A DNA stretch of 64,000 bases from Patescibacteria group bacterium (GCA_038064695.1 JBBTSO010000001.1:635-64634), one strand, 5' to 3'; positions 20,564 through 31,010 are shown, numbered from the stretch's first letter. Made by a program: numbers and translations. Notes: generated by a model not told the origin, from the sequence alone.

Positions 20564-21703
20564 CTATTTTAGTGCCTCAACACCCGCAATAGTTCCATTT
20601 CCAATAAAATCCAACATTGCTCCTCCGGCAGATGAAACGTGGGTGTAGTCTTTCGCGTTTCCTAACCGCTCAATTGCCGCAACGGTGTCGCCTCCCCCTA
20701 CTACCGAAGTGGCGCTACTTTCAGCTACAAATTTTGCAACACTGAACGTACCTTCGTCGTACCCTGCTTCAAAATTACCCATGGGTCCGTTCCAAAGAAT
20801 AAAACGAGCTTCTGCGATTGTCTTTTTAAGAGTCTCCAGCGAGCGCGGACCAATATCATAAATAATGTCATCGGCGAGAACTTCGCTTGCGTCACGGACC
20901 TCTTTTTTACCAAGCGTAGTTTGCACGACGACATCTTCTGGGACTTGTACTTTGCCACTTTTAAGGAGCGCACCTGCGCTTGTTTCTTTTCCCGAGATGA
21001 GCGACTTCCCCACTTCATACCCCTGCGCTTTATAAAACTCATTCGCCAAAGCGCCCCCCACAAAAACCGAATCGTAGAGTGAAAGAAGGGTACGCAACAG
21101 CGGTTCTTTGGTTTCAAGTTTTGCCCCTCCCACAATTGCCAAGGAAGGACTCTCTGGAGTTCGTGCGCGCTCGAGCGCTACGTATTCGCGAGCAAAGTTT
21201 GGCCCCATAAAATGAGGAAGCAATGCTGGCACTCCAACCACTGAGGCGTGCGCGCGGTGGGAGTCCGGGAACGCGTCATTCACGTATACGTCTCCAAACG
21301 AAGCGAGCTTTTTGGCGAACACGGGGTCATTTGTTTCCTCTCCTGCTTCTTGGCGTACGTTTTCTAATAACAACACCTCCCCATTTTTAAGAGTGGCAGC
21401 TTTTTTAGTGGCGTCACTCCCACAAACGTCGGTTGCAAAATAAATAGGAAGATCGCTTTCTTTTTTCATTGCATCCCAGACCGGCAATAAACTTTCCGTT
21501 TTTGCGCGCCCGATGTGCGCGCACACTACTACCCGAGCACCCGTATGCGCCAAGGATTCAATAGTTTCAAGCGACTCGCGTAAACGAAACGTGTTTGAAA
21601 CGGCTCCGCCCTCCAAGGGAACGTTGAGTGACGCGCGTAACAATACTCGCGTGCCAGGCGCTATGTTTTCTACCTGGAGTGAGGGAATGGTTATCGGTTC
21701 CAT
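20564..21703 (-). CDS. pgk: Phosphoglycerate kinase
   Basis: LLENVR, NDAF..HRAHAS, GGAK, WNGPMG, GGGDT. Confidence 0.97.
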   Translation of the reverse strand: MEPITIPSLQVENIAPGTRVLLRASLNVPLEGGAVSNTFRLRESLETIESLAHTGARVVVCAHIGRAKTESLLPVWDAMKKESDLPIYFATDVCGSDATKKAATLKNGEVLLLENVRQEAGEETNDPVFAKKLASFGDVYVNDAFPDSHRAHASVVGVPALLPHFMGPNFAREYVALERARTPESPSLAIVGGAKLETKEPLLRTLLSLYDSVFVGGALANEFYKAQGYEVGKSLISGKETSAGALLKSGKVQVPEDVVVQTTLGKKEVRDASEVLADDIIYDIGPRSLETLKKTIAEARFILWNGPMGNFEAGYDEGTFSVAKFVAESSATSVVGGGDTVAAIERLGNAKDYTHVSSAGGAMLDFIGNGTIAGVEALK

Positions 21704-22443
21704 GCGCGTACTATGTCAGCAAACATTTTTGGGTCTATACTAGCCCGACCTAACAAAAATCCATTCGCTCCTGAACCCGACACTAATTCTTCCACCACCT
21801 CTTCACTCACTGCTCCGCCGTAAAGAATCCGCACACGCAACGCATCGTCACGGTCAAAACGAAGCGCGAGTGTTTTCCGTATAAAAATAATAGTCTCACG
21901 AATACTGCGCGCGGGAGGTGGAAGTGGAGCGCCGATTGCCCACACCGGCTCATAGGCGAGCACAATTTTTTTAAGCGAAGAAGCCTCAACCAACGAGAGC
22001 GACTCTTGAATACTCGTTTCAAGTTCTTTAAGGTAGTGCCCTTCACGATCACGACTTTGCTCACCAATGCATACGATGGGAGTCATTTTTGCATCAAGCA
22101 CCGCCCCTACTTTTTTTGCGACCTGTAGATCAGTTTCTCCCTGAGCGCGACGTTCAGCGTGTCCCACGATAACAAAACGAGCACCACTGTCTTTCACCAT
22201 TCCTGCAGTAACTTCACCCGTGTGTGCGCCCTGCTCAAAGAAAGCGTCTTGCGCACCGAACGCGATACGTTTTCCTGAATACGAAGTTTTAAGCGGGTAA
22301 AGAAATGGGTGAGGAGGGGCCACCACCACGTCGGCGTCCATAACGCGAGGAAGTTCTTTTTCAACATCCTTAAATAACTTTTTTGCTTCTTTGAGCGACG
22401 AAACATACGCTTTCCAATTTCCAATAATGAGTGGTTTTGACAT
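21691..22443 (-). CDS. tpiA: Triosephosphate isomerase
   Basis: GNWK, GHAERR, AYEPVWAIG, LYGGAV. Confidence 0.97.
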   Translation of the reverse strand: MSKPLIIGNWKAYVSSLKEAKKLFKDVEKELPRVMDADVVVAPPHPFLYPLKTSYSGKRIAFGAQDAFFEQGAHTGEVTAGMVKDSGARFVIVGHAERRAQGETDLQVAKKVGAVLDAKMTPIVCIGEQSRDREGHYLKELETSIQESLSLVEASSLKKIVLAYEPVWAIGAPLPPPARSIRETIIFIRKTLALRFDRDDALRVRILYGGAVSEEVVEELVSGSGANGFLLGRASIDPKMFADIVRAWNR

Positions 22444-22526
22444 ATAAAGTGAAGAATAATCAGTGCCGAGAAATGGTCAAAAATAGTATTGGGGTACTAC
22501 TCTATCCTACCAAACGAAACAGATAA

Positions 22527-22754
22527 TCATGAGTAGTATTGTTTTGTCATACGCCCAAAACCAAGTGTCGCTCCACCTAGAGCCCCACCAATACTCCACT
22601 CTTTTAAAGAAGAAAGGGGATGAAATTCATCCCCTAGTTGGTAGTCAGTTAAAACTCCTAGCGCCCCTGCCACGGCTCCACAAAAAATTGCGTAAGAAAT
22701 GGTATGAAATAAAAACGGATACGTGGTCTGTTGGAACGTATAGTCCACCGCCAT
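22527..22754 (-). CDS. Orphan small membrane protein with Gly-zipper-like helices
   Basis: GAVAGALG and GGALGGATLG hydrophobic segments; no clear promoter. Confidence 0.55.
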   Translation of the reverse strand: MAVDYTFQQTTYPFLFHTISYAIFCGAVAGALGVLTDYQLGDEFHPLSSLKEWSIGGALGGATLGFGRMTKQYYS

Positions 22755-22799
22755 ACCTCCACGCTACGCCTAAAAGCAGCCTATGACAACGGTGGATAA

Positions 22800-24305
22800 C
22801 TACCTAACTTCTTTCCACGAGTGGAGAAAATAGTCATCCGACGTCCACGGGGTGAATGGAGGAGGGCTCACCGAAAGATCTTGATCAAAGGTGTCGTTCC
22901 GTTGGCTAAATCCTGACACAAACACACCGTTTGAGGTCCACTTCGTTCCCACGCGTCCTTTAGAAACGATAGTTCCTGTCGTGTTTAAGGTTGAGCGAGT
23001 TACATAAGGATCTAAAGTCCCAGGAAGTCCTTGATTCCCCTGCTGTGTTGAACAGTCGCTTTGGCAATAGTGATTTCTTCCAAATTTTCCTTTTTGGGCA
23101 ATAAAAATACCTGAAATATTCATCGTGCTCGGAACCTCAAGTCCCACGAGAATATCTTTTTCACCAATGACGGTGAGCCCATCGTTTCCTGTTCCCGCGT
23201 AGGTGAGGTCGTTATTTATAATGACTGAACGGTCAACGCTCCCCGTAGAAACATCAGCAGCAGCCACCAGCACTTTCCCTGCTACTACCCCTTCAATCCA
23301 AATATTGTCTTCAGCAAAAATAACGGGGCATTCGGGCAACACCACATAGTCAGCGGGGCTCGAAGTATTTGACATCACGGTGCGTTCCTGTTGCCAGCCA
23401 TTTTCAGTGGTGTACCCCCACACCTGTACAGCCCCGACTACTTCTCTGATTTCCGCGACCCCGTCTGCTCTAAAAACTATGCGATATCCGTACTTCCCCG
23501 TCGGTGGCAAATAAATTCCCGATGAGGTCGCATACGACTTGAGTTCAGTTAAATTCACGGTGAGTCCATTGAAATCAACGGGCGGTACCGGAAAGTCCCA
23601 CAGTTGCGCGCCTGGGACTCCGGCGCCAAACACGCCGTCCCTAGTTGAGTCTGGAGTACACCCGAAACTCGCGGTACACAGCCAATCCAAAACACCAGAG
23701 GTGATGAGAGAGTTGTGAGTCCCGTCCATGCGAATCCCACCGTTCGAGTGATACGGTCCGTTAATGATTCTATCGGAACCAACCCATACGTTCGCGTCAA
23801 CAATGTGCGAATAGTTTGCAACACTCGGACGCACGTAGGAAGACTGGACCACGCGCTTGTACGTCGGGTCGGACGCAGTCCATCCCGTTGAGGTAATGGT
23901 AATGTCTGACACCGCGTTACAGTACACATTTGCGTCAACGTCTAATGAAAAACTGCCGAGCACTTCTCCTTCCGGGTCGTCAACCGTGTGAACGTAGGGC
24001 CCGGGAACACCCGTGCCGTTGGTACTGTCTCCCGGGTTGTGCGCTAAAAACCATTTATAGTATTCAAGTCCCGCTTCAGCAAGGTGGAGCGCTTTTTCTT
24101 GGTTTTCTTTTGCGAGTTGAACGCGCTTTTGTACAAAAATGTATCCGGTGAGCGCTGAAAGTAGTGTCAAAAATACTGCTGAAAAAACGAGCGTCAGTAT
24201 AACGAAGTAGCCCCGGGAGTAGTGACGAGTGGTCAGTGATGAGTGATAATCTCTTAACTCATTACTGGTTCCTGGTTCCTGGTTACTGTTTTTTGATTTT
24301 TTCAT
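22800..24305 (-). CDS. PilX-like minor pilin
   Basis: RG|YFVILTLV pilin-like N-terminus, ALHLAEAGLE. Confidence 0.8.
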   Translation of the reverse strand: MKKSKNSNQEPGTSNELRDYHSSLTTRHYSRGYFVILTLVFSAVFLTLLSALTGYIFVQKRVQLAKENQEKALHLAEAGLEYYKWFLAHNPGDSTNGTGVPGPYVHTVDDPEGEVLGSFSLDVDANVYCNAVSDITITSTGWTASDPTYKRVVQSSYVRPSVANYSHIVDANVWVGSDRIINGPYHSNGGIRMDGTHNSLITSGVLDWLCTASFGCTPDSTRDGVFGAGVPGAQLWDFPVPPVDFNGLTVNLTELKSYATSSGIYLPPTGKYGYRIVFRADGVAEIREVVGAVQVWGYTTENGWQQERTVMSNTSSPADYVVLPECPVIFAEDNIWIEGVVAGKVLVAAADVSTGSVDRSVIINNDLTYAGTGNDGLTVIGEKDILVGLEVPSTMNISGIFIAQKGKFGRNHYCQSDCSTQQGNQGLPGTLDPYVTRSTLNTTGTIVSKGRVGTKWTSNGVFVSGFSQRNDTFDQDLSVSPPPFTPWTSDDYFLHSWKEVR

Positions 24306-24886
24306 CGTAAATTTCTAAGAGTCGCACTTGAACGAAGTGTAAATTCTGCTGGCGCTCGTATAGGGAGTACGTTCACCACCAAACTAATCCCCACAAACCG
24401 CACACTACTCACCGCTGCATAGTCGGTAATTTCAATTCCTTCTTCATCATAGTAACGGAAAATCGGCACCTCCTCTTCAAGGTTGCGCACGTACTCTGAG
24501 ACAATCGTGGTCGTCCCCACTCCCGCGTAAGAAACAGGAACCCCTGAAGAATCTAAAACGGTGCGCGTAAAGGTGGTGGTCGCAAGTGTGTAGGTAATTC
24601 TTTCTACCCCCAAATCAAGATCGGTGTCACTGAAAAAAGTAATAGAGGTTGAAGCGATGGAGGAGAGCGGGTATGAGCCGTCGTCAGCAGTAGTCGCTTC
24701 ACGCACATCGCGCACTAAAAATTCAACACCGCGACGCGCTTCGTTAATTTGGTACGACTGTTCAAGCGATGAGGTGTTCGCGCGATAAAAAAAGAGAACT
24801 GAGCTAACAACAACCACCATAACCACGGAAAAAATCGCCGTGCTCACGACAGTTTCAAGAAGAGTCAGTCCTCGTGAAAGTTTCAT
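24302..24886 (-). CDS. Prepilin-type minor pilin (PilW-like)
   Basis: RG|LTLLE cleavage/N-methylation motif. Confidence 0.88.
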   Translation of the reverse strand: MKLSRGLTLLETVVSTAIFSVVMVVVVSSVLFFYRANTSSLEQSYQINEARRGVEFLVRDVREATTADDGSYPLSSIASTSITFFSDTDLDLGVERITYTLATTTFTRTVLDSSGVPVSYAGVGTTTIVSEYVRNLEEEVPIFRYYDEEGIEITDYAAVSSVRFVGISLVVNVLPIRAPAEFTLRSSATLRNLR

Positions 24887-24890
24887 ACAA

Positions 24891-26645
24891 TTAGTTTGAG
24901 ATGAGTGGAACGACTACCACCGTGTCCCCCGCAACGACGATGTCTTCAAGGTGATCTTGGAACCCGTTTGCGGTGACCGACACGCTGTAGGTTGCTCCCG
25001 TGAGCCCACCAAAATATACCTGCCCGCACGCCGAAGTAGTTTCTGCCCCTTGGAGCGCTCCTGATTGAATGGAGACGGAAGCGCCCGTAACCGGCAAACT
25101 ATCTGACTCCACCACTACTCTGAGTGAGTGCGCGGTGTTAGGGAGGAGGGTTGCCACCACACTGGTGAGAGTCGCGGGGAGTATTGTTACAGTGCGTGGG
25201 CACAATTCAACAACGTCATACAAACCTCCTTCGGGGAAAAGTGAATAGACATCCCACTCCATATCTTCACCTAACCACTCTCCTTCTGCGCTCGTAGTAA
25301 ACGCATCGTCAAACTTATAAATCGGAGCGCCCCCGGCAGTCGTTCCAATGGTCTTAGTTCCAAAAATGGTGAAGTCAATGTTTGGAAGGGGGGTGGGGCC
25401 GGCACGGTATGATGTTTCCCACTCATCCACCTGGGGAGTTGCTACGCCGTCAGAAGAAAATGTTGCCTCTAACTGTAGGGTCGCGTACGTGAGCGGATTA
25501 AGTAGCGATATATCCGTTACTCCATTAGGGAGTCCGGTTGAATTATTTGGTAGGTCACTGTCAGGGACGAGCACGTACGCTCCACCAGTGAGATAGTAAA
25601 GGTGTGTCGTAACGCTCGTATCGGTGGGTGATGTTGAATCTATGACTACTTCATCCCATGAAACGAGGTTGTCAGGAGCAATGGGAAGTGAGCGCGCGCT
25701 CCCTGACAAAGCGTATACCCCAAGAACATCTTCAAGCACCAGAGCGCCTCCTATCGCGTGCACGCTTGATGTCGCGCTGAGCGAGTTTTCGGAAAGAAAC
25801 GAATCATTGAAACTTCCTTCACCCGGTGGCTCTTCCGTCGTTACATGGAGTGAACCTAACTGATCAATGGCAAAACTTACCGTAGTGGTGTCGCCCTCGG
25901 CAACCGACACCGGAGAAGGTGATGGGTTAGGATTTTCAGTTGAAGCAGCATACGTTTGTGCCGTTGAGTATCCCTCTTTTGACACGTACACTTCATACCC
26001 CGTAGCTTCAGGGGCGCCCGGAAATGACACCACACCGTTTTGATTGCTAAATGCAGTGACATCTATTGAGGGGCTCACCTCTCCATTCACCACACGAACC
26101 GATGCTTGAGAAACGGGTACCGCGAGCGCATCGAACACATTGACACGGAGTGTGCCCCCTCCCGCGAGAGTCTCAAGACCGACGGGAGCAATGCGCGTAA
26201 CTGCAAACGTTGAACGAGAACTTTCTTTAATCATCCACAGCACTTCTACCTTTACCGTTTTGTAGTCGGCGGTGATCCCATTTTCGTCAAGATCATCCAG
26301 TCCATCTTCCGGCGCATCGGTGTACTGAACTAACGTACGGACCGTGTACGGAACTCCGTTCACCGTTGACTGCACGAGCGGTTCAATGTTCCCGGGCGGA
26401 ATGCCCCCAACCGTTCCCACATCATCGTAGGCGAATGAGCGAATATACTCTAACCTCTCCCCCAACAGTGCCACCGCACTAATTTTTGCTTTTGTTGAAT
26501 ACACCAACTCTACCGAAAGTTTAAACGCGCCGAAAAGTCCAAAAAAAACGATCGTGATAATTGAAATCCCCACGATGGTATCAATGAGAGAGAGTCCACG
26601 GAGGGAGTGCTGTACCTCTTTGTCATTTGGTTGTTGATTGCTCAT
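24891..26645 (-). CDS. Prepilin-type minor pilin (PilV-like) with beta-sandwich extension
   Basis: RG|LSLID N-terminus; carboxypeptidase-regulatory-like repeats (YEVYVSKEGY, YSVSVTANGF). Confidence 0.8.
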   Translation of the reverse strand: MSNQQPNDKEVQHSLRGLSLIDTIVGISIITIVFFGLFGAFKLSVELVYSTKAKISAVALLGERLEYIRSFAYDDVGTVGGIPPGNIEPLVQSTVNGVPYTVRTLVQYTDAPEDGLDDLDENGITADYKTVKVEVLWMIKESSRSTFAVTRIAPVGLETLAGGGTLRVNVFDALAVPVSQASVRVVNGEVSPSIDVTAFSNQNGVVSFPGAPEATGYEVYVSKEGYSTAQTYAASTENPNPSPSPVSVAEGDTTTVSFAIDQLGSLHVTTEEPPGEGSFNDSFLSENSLSATSSVHAIGGALVLEDVLGVYALSGSARSLPIAPDNLVSWDEVVIDSTSPTDTSVTTHLYYLTGGAYVLVPDSDLPNNSTGLPNGVTDISLLNPLTYATLQLEATFSSDGVATPQVDEWETSYRAGPTPLPNIDFTIFGTKTIGTTAGGAPIYKFDDAFTTSAEGEWLGEDMEWDVYSLFPEGGLYDVVELCPRTVTILPATLTSVVATLLPNTAHSLRVVVESDSLPVTGASVSIQSGALQGAETTSACGQVYFGGLTGATYSVSVTANGFQDHLEDIVVAGDTVVVVPLISN

Positions 26646-26662
26646 TGCTGATTGCTCTAGAG

Positions 26663-27880
26663 TTAAATTGCACTTGAAAGCGAGTAAATAGGGGCGATCA
26701 TTGAAATCGCAAAAAAACCTACAGCGGCTCCGATAATGAGCATTAAAAACGGTTCAATGATGGTTGAGAGGTCTTTTGTTTGCTGTTCTACTGACTCTTC
26801 GTAAAAATCAGCGGTTTCTTTGAGGAGGTGCGAGAGTCTCCCCGTTTCTTCTCCAACGGCAATCATTTCTGCTACCAGCGGTGGGTAGAGTTTCGGATAC
26901 TTTGCAAACGTTTCCGCCAGACTTCCTCCTTTGACTACTGACGCTTCTGCCTCAGTGAGTATTTTTTGGTAGAAAATATTTTGCAAAACCTCTTTCGTGA
27001 TAGAAATGGCGAGTACCATATCCACTCCCGCTGAGAGGAGCGATGAGAGCGTGCGCCCCGTGCGCGCTGAGTTTGTTTCCATTACCAGCGCCTGAATAAC
27101 GGGGATTTTTAGCATGAGCCAATCAACTCCTTGTTTCCCCCGAGGAGTGCGCAAGAGGAGCATGAACGCGCCGATCACCACAAACACAGAAAAAATGGAC
27201 ACGATGGGGTTTGCCGAAAGGAAGTTACTGACCGCAATGATGGCTTGCGTGGTGGGAGGTAGTTCAGTCCCCAACTCCTCAAAGGTTTGCGTCAGCGTGG
27301 GAACAACATATATCAACATTAAGATACCAATGACAATCATCGCAAAGAGCACGATAGAGGGGTACATCAACGCTCCGCGAATTTTTTTCTTTAAATTATT
27401 TGCTTTCTCCATTTGGGTAGAGACCACCCGCAAACTTTCAGAAAGTTTCCCTGACTCTTCACCACTTCGCACCATAGAAATTAAGAGTGGCGAAAAAATA
27501 GTATCAAATTTGCTGAGCGCCCCCGAGAGGGTGGTTCCGCTTTGCACGTCTCCCATAATGCTTGAGAGGACACTTTTAAGGCGAGGATTTTTTGACTGCT
27601 TTTCCATAACCCCCAAGGCACGGCTGGTGGTCAACCCTGCTTCCAACATGGCAGCAAGGTTTCTGGTGAGCACCACTTTTTCGTCACCACTCACGCTCTG
27701 AAAAGAAACACTGAGCCCCTTAAAAGAAAAAGATCCTTTTTTTGCTGCCTCTTTTACATTCACCAACGTGTCGCCACGTTCACGAATTTCTCGGTACACC
27801 GCAAAACGGTCAGTCGCTTCAATGACTTCGGTGTACGATTCTTTTTCTTTGTTGAGTGCGGTAACACTAAAAGTAGCCAC
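26663..27880 (-). CDS. pilC: Type IV pilus platform protein PilC/GspF
   Basis: GEESGKL, ALMYP, VGEETGRL, IIEP; start GTG 27880 or 27901. Confidence 0.95.
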   Translation of the reverse strand: MATFSVTALNKEKESYTEVIEATDRFAVYREIRERGDTLVNVKEAAKKGSFSFKGLSVSFQSVSGDEKVVLTRNLAAMLEAGLTTSRALGVMEKQSKNPRLKSVLSSIMGDVQSGTTLSGALSKFDTIFSPLLISMVRSGEESGKLSESLRVVSTQMEKANNLKKKIRGALMYPSIVLFAMIVIGILMLIYVVPTLTQTFEELGTELPPTTQAIIAVSNFLSANPIVSIFSVFVVIGAFMLLLRTPRGKQGVDWLMLKIPVIQALVMETNSARTGRTLSSLLSAGVDMVLAISITKEVLQNIFYQKILTEAEASVVKGGSLAETFAKYPKLYPPLVAEMIAVGEETGRLSHLLKETADFYEESVEQQTKDLSTIIEPFLMLIIGAAVGFFAISMIAPIYSLSSAI

Positions 27881-27934
27881 AGTACTCTCATTGTAGAGCA
27901 CCTTTTTGCGTTAGTGACACGCTGTCCACGTAAA

Positions 27935-28243
27935 CTAAACAATTTGTGGAGTAGTGGTATATGAAAAAGGACAAAAGAGACAGTGGTGATATATTTCCCA
28001 ACACGAGTCCGCAAAATTGTAGCGAGGAAGGCCCAACATCCAATGCCCCATGGAGTTTTGGCAATCGCCGCCCTCTTTCTCTGAAGGAGATTCGGAAAAT
28101 TCATCGCTGCCTCCCAAAGTGTATGGTTCAGATAAATCATTTTGGTTAAACATGCTCCAGGCGGCAACTGCCGCACCAAGAGCAACCATCCCCGCAATAA
28201 GAACGTTTCTTTGGTCGTAGTGAGATTCGCTTGAGTGCGCCAT
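27935..28243 (-). CDS. Orphan single-TM protein with C..GH...CxxC motif
   Basis: TTGACC-17-TAACTT, ATG 6 nt later; CQNSMGHW...CLFC. Confidence 0.75.
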   Translation of the reverse strand: MAHSSESHYDQRNVLIAGMVALGAAVAAWSMFNQNDLSEPYTLGGSDEFSESPSEKEGGDCQNSMGHWMLGLPRYNFADSCWEIYHHCLFCPFSYTTTPQIV

Positions 28244-28294
28244 GGAAGAAAGTTAGTCTACATTTAAAGTAAGGTCAAATTTTTTAGTAAGAAA

Positions 28295-28609
28295 CTATCC
28301 CGGTAAAGAAAAGCCACACTCGTCAAAAAACTTGCACCGATAATTTTTTGAAATGAGCTGTCCGGACTCAAAATACAAAATATGTGGGGCAAGAATGTGG
28401 TACCCCGTTGGGCTAAAGCCACAGCGTCCCCACACCTCCTGGTCAGACTCTGACCATCCTGCTTCATCGGTTGTATGAAGATCCTGCGCAATTATTAATG
28501 CCGCCACAGTAGCACCGAGCGCGAGGAGTGCTGGAGCTGCCCACTTTGGAAATGAAAAGTGTGGAACCGCAATGCCTTGCGCTGCGTTAGCTTCATGAGA
28601 AAGACTCAT
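28295..28609 (-). CDS. Orphan single-TM protein with CxxSPxGxH...C motif
   Basis: TTGACT-16-TACTTT, ATG 6 nt later; CGFSPTGYH...CKFFDEC. Confidence 0.75.
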   Translation of the reverse strand: MSLSHEANAAQGIAVPHFSFPKWAAPALLALGATVAALIIAQDLHTTDEAGWSESDQEVWGRCGFSPTGYHILAPHILYFESGQLISKNYRCKFFDECGFSLPG

Positions 28610-28665
28610 GCCACTAAAGTACACTTTATTTTTATGAAGTCAAATTTTCCTTTTCTCTGTAAAAA

Positions 28666-30402
28666 TTATTCACTCACCACGCGCAACACCTCTTCAATGG
28701 TCGTAATGCCTACCGCTGCTTTGTAAATGCCGTCTTCAAACATCGTGAGCATCCCCTCTTTTTTTGCCTGTTCCTCAAGTTTGTCCGCAGAAGAACCCTG
28801 CAAAATGAGTTCGCGAATTTGTGGAGTCACCGCAAGGATTTCGTGAATACCAATGCGGCCAGCGTACCCTTCGGGACACTCAGCAGTTTCTTTTGGCTTA
28901 TAAAAAGTAACGTCGGTTATTTTTGCGGTCTTAGGAATTTTTTCTTCATCTTTTAAAACTTTGAGTACGTGTTCAAGGTCCACTTTTTCATTCAACTTTT
29001 TTGCTTCATCAGCGGACAGCGTGTACTCTTCGCGATCTGCGCACAATTTGCGCACCAAACGCTGTCCGATAATCACGCGAAGCGTAGAGACCAGCAAAAA
29101 AGGTTCGGCCTCCATATCCACCAAGCGTGGAATAGTTGCTGCTGCTGAGTTGGTGTGAAGCGTAGAGAGGACGACGTGACCAGTCAAAGCCGCGTTGACC
29201 GCGAGCGATGCCGTTTCCGTGTCGCGAATTTCTCCCACCATAATAATGTCGGGGTCTTGACGTACCAGCGCGCGGAGCCCCTGCGCAAAGGTGAACCCGA
29301 TGTCGGGTCTCACCTGCGTTTGGTTCACTCGTGCCATTTGGTATTCAATAGGATCTTCAATGGTTGAAATGTTTACATCGGGCGTATTTAAAATATCCAT
29401 CACGGTATAGAGCGTGGTCGTCTTTCCTGACCCTGTAGGCCCAGTAACCAAAATCATTCCCGTTGCAGCGCGCGTCGCTTCGTGAATGTGCTCTAATCCA
29501 ACGCCGTGAAACCCTAATCCTTCCAAGGTGAACCCTCCTCCCCCTTCGCGAAGCAAGCGCATCACAATTTTTTCTCCGTAGTAGGTTGGCAACACGGAGA
29601 CACGAAAACTTACACGTTCGTTGTCTGCTTCAATTTTAAATCGCCCGTCTTGGGGAAGACGTTTTTCATCCAACCTTAAACGGGAAAGTACCTTGATGCG
29701 CGCCACAATGCCGCTTGCCGCGTGGATGGGGAGTTCCATCGCGTCGTGCAATACTCCGTCAATGCGATACCGGATAAGGAGTTTTTCTTCCATGGGCTCT
29801 ATGTGAATGTCGGACGCATTTTGGATAACGGAGTGTCGTAGCAGTGTGTCAACAATTTTTACCACCGGCACGTCTTCCGCGAGCGAGCGAAGATTTTTTT
29901 CATCTCCCTCCCCGACGTTGGCAATGGAGAGCGACGCCATTTTAATAATGTCACCAAACTCTTCTTTCAAACTTTTTTGATACTGGAGAAGCGCACTCTT
30001 TAGGGATGCCGTGTCAGTGAGGCGCGCCAAAATTTTGAGTCCCACTTTTTTCTTTACAAAATCAATCGCGGCGAGGTCGTTGGTGTCCAGCATGGCAACT
30101 TCCAATGATCCCGCGTCTTTTTTGTACGCCACGATGTTGTTTTTTCTAGCGATGGGCTCAGGAATGAGCATCAAGACATCCAAATCAATTTTCAAATTTT
30201 GAAGCGACACGAAAGGAATGCCCAAAATATGAGCCTGCATACGCCTCACTTCATCTTCTGAGAGAAGGCCCAAAGACACGATGGCATCTCGGAGTGACAT
30301 GACTCTTTCTTTAGCGGCATTTTCAGCATCCCCCATGTCTTTCCGTGACACGAGCCCTGAATCAAGAATAAATGTTTTTAATTGTGTGTCTGACACTTGC
30401 AT
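28666..30402 (-). CDS. pilB: Type IV pilus assembly ATPase PilB/GspE
   Basis: ASDIHIEP, GPTGSGKTT, TIEDPIEY, RQDPD..MVGEIRD. Confidence 0.95.
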   Translation of the reverse strand: MQVSDTQLKTFILDSGLVSRKDMGDAENAAKERVMSLRDAIVSLGLLSEDEVRRMQAHILGIPFVSLQNLKIDLDVLMLIPEPIARKNNIVAYKKDAGSLEVAMLDTNDLAAIDFVKKKVGLKILARLTDTASLKSALLQYQKSLKEEFGDIIKMASLSIANVGEGDEKNLRSLAEDVPVVKIVDTLLRHSVIQNASDIHIEPMEEKLLIRYRIDGVLHDAMELPIHAASGIVARIKVLSRLRLDEKRLPQDGRFKIEADNERVSFRVSVLPTYYGEKIVMRLLREGGGGFTLEGLGFHGVGLEHIHEATRAATGMILVTGPTGSGKTTTLYTVMDILNTPDVNISTIEDPIEYQMARVNQTQVRPDIGFTFAQGLRALVRQDPDIIMVGEIRDTETASLAVNAALTGHVVLSTLHTNSAAATIPRLVDMEAEPFLLVSTLRVIIGQRLVRKLCADREEYTLSADEAKKLNEKVDLEHVLKVLKDEEKIPKTAKITDVTFYKPKETAECPEGYAGRIGIHEILAVTPQIRELILQGSSADKLEEQAKKEGMLTMFEDGIYKAAVGITTIEEVLRVVSE

Positions 30403-30488
30403 ACGTTGAATTGTTTTTCTTAGTATTCATCATAGCAATAAATTTTTACCCGAGTTCATTACTTCAGTTTTGACACATACATCTACCT

Positions 30489-30908
30489 ATGGAACACTGT
30501 GAGGCACTTATGAGCGGCAAACCGTTTGGTAGAAATTTTGAGTATCTCGGCAACCGAGACACTGCCTACGACATCGGGGATCACGTTACCGTGACCACCC
30601 ACAATGGGTGTCCCGTAAATGCGGTCGTAAAGACCGTGATGCTCGACCATGATACTGGTGACGTAACGTATAAGGTTCAAATTCAAAGTGGAATTTTAAA
30701 AGGTCCCTATTTTGCATCAGAGAGCCAACTTACCCCAGGGTGGATTTCCACTCCCGACACCTGTGAAGGAGAAGGGTCCACGGCGTCAGAGATAAACAGC
30801 GAAGGGGTGTCCTCGGCTATAAACTCCTCAACTCTTTTACTGGTCATCGCGGGCATCGCCGTACTATACGGGTGGGATAAATTAAAAAATAATACCGCAC
30901 ACGCCTAA
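30489..30908 (+). CDS. Orphan protein: small beta-rich domain plus C-terminal TM
   Basis: YDIGDHVTV...YKVQI; LLLVIAGIAVLYGW; TTGACA at 30470; start could be 30510. Confidence 0.65.
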   Translation: MEHCEALMSGKPFGRNFEYLGNRDTAYDIGDHVTVTTHNGCPVNAVVKTVMLDHDTGDVTYKVQIQSGILKGPYFASESQLTPGWISTPDTCEGEGSTASEINSEGVSSAINSSTLLLVIAGIAVLYGWDKLKNNTAHA

Positions 30909-30919
30909 AGTTCTCGACT

Positions 30920-31010
30920 TTGACAAGTCGCGGCGATGAGAGTATGATGTTTGTATAACCGAATAGTGTGTATGGAAGCTCGTCTTAGTAGACGGGTTTT
31001 CTTTTTAAGA
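30920..31010 (+). promoter_or_regulatory. nusA promoter and leader terminator/attenuator
   Basis: TTGACA-17-TATGAT; GAAGCTCGTCT-TAGT-AGACGGGTTTTCTTTTT hairpin upstream of start. Confidence 0.6.
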
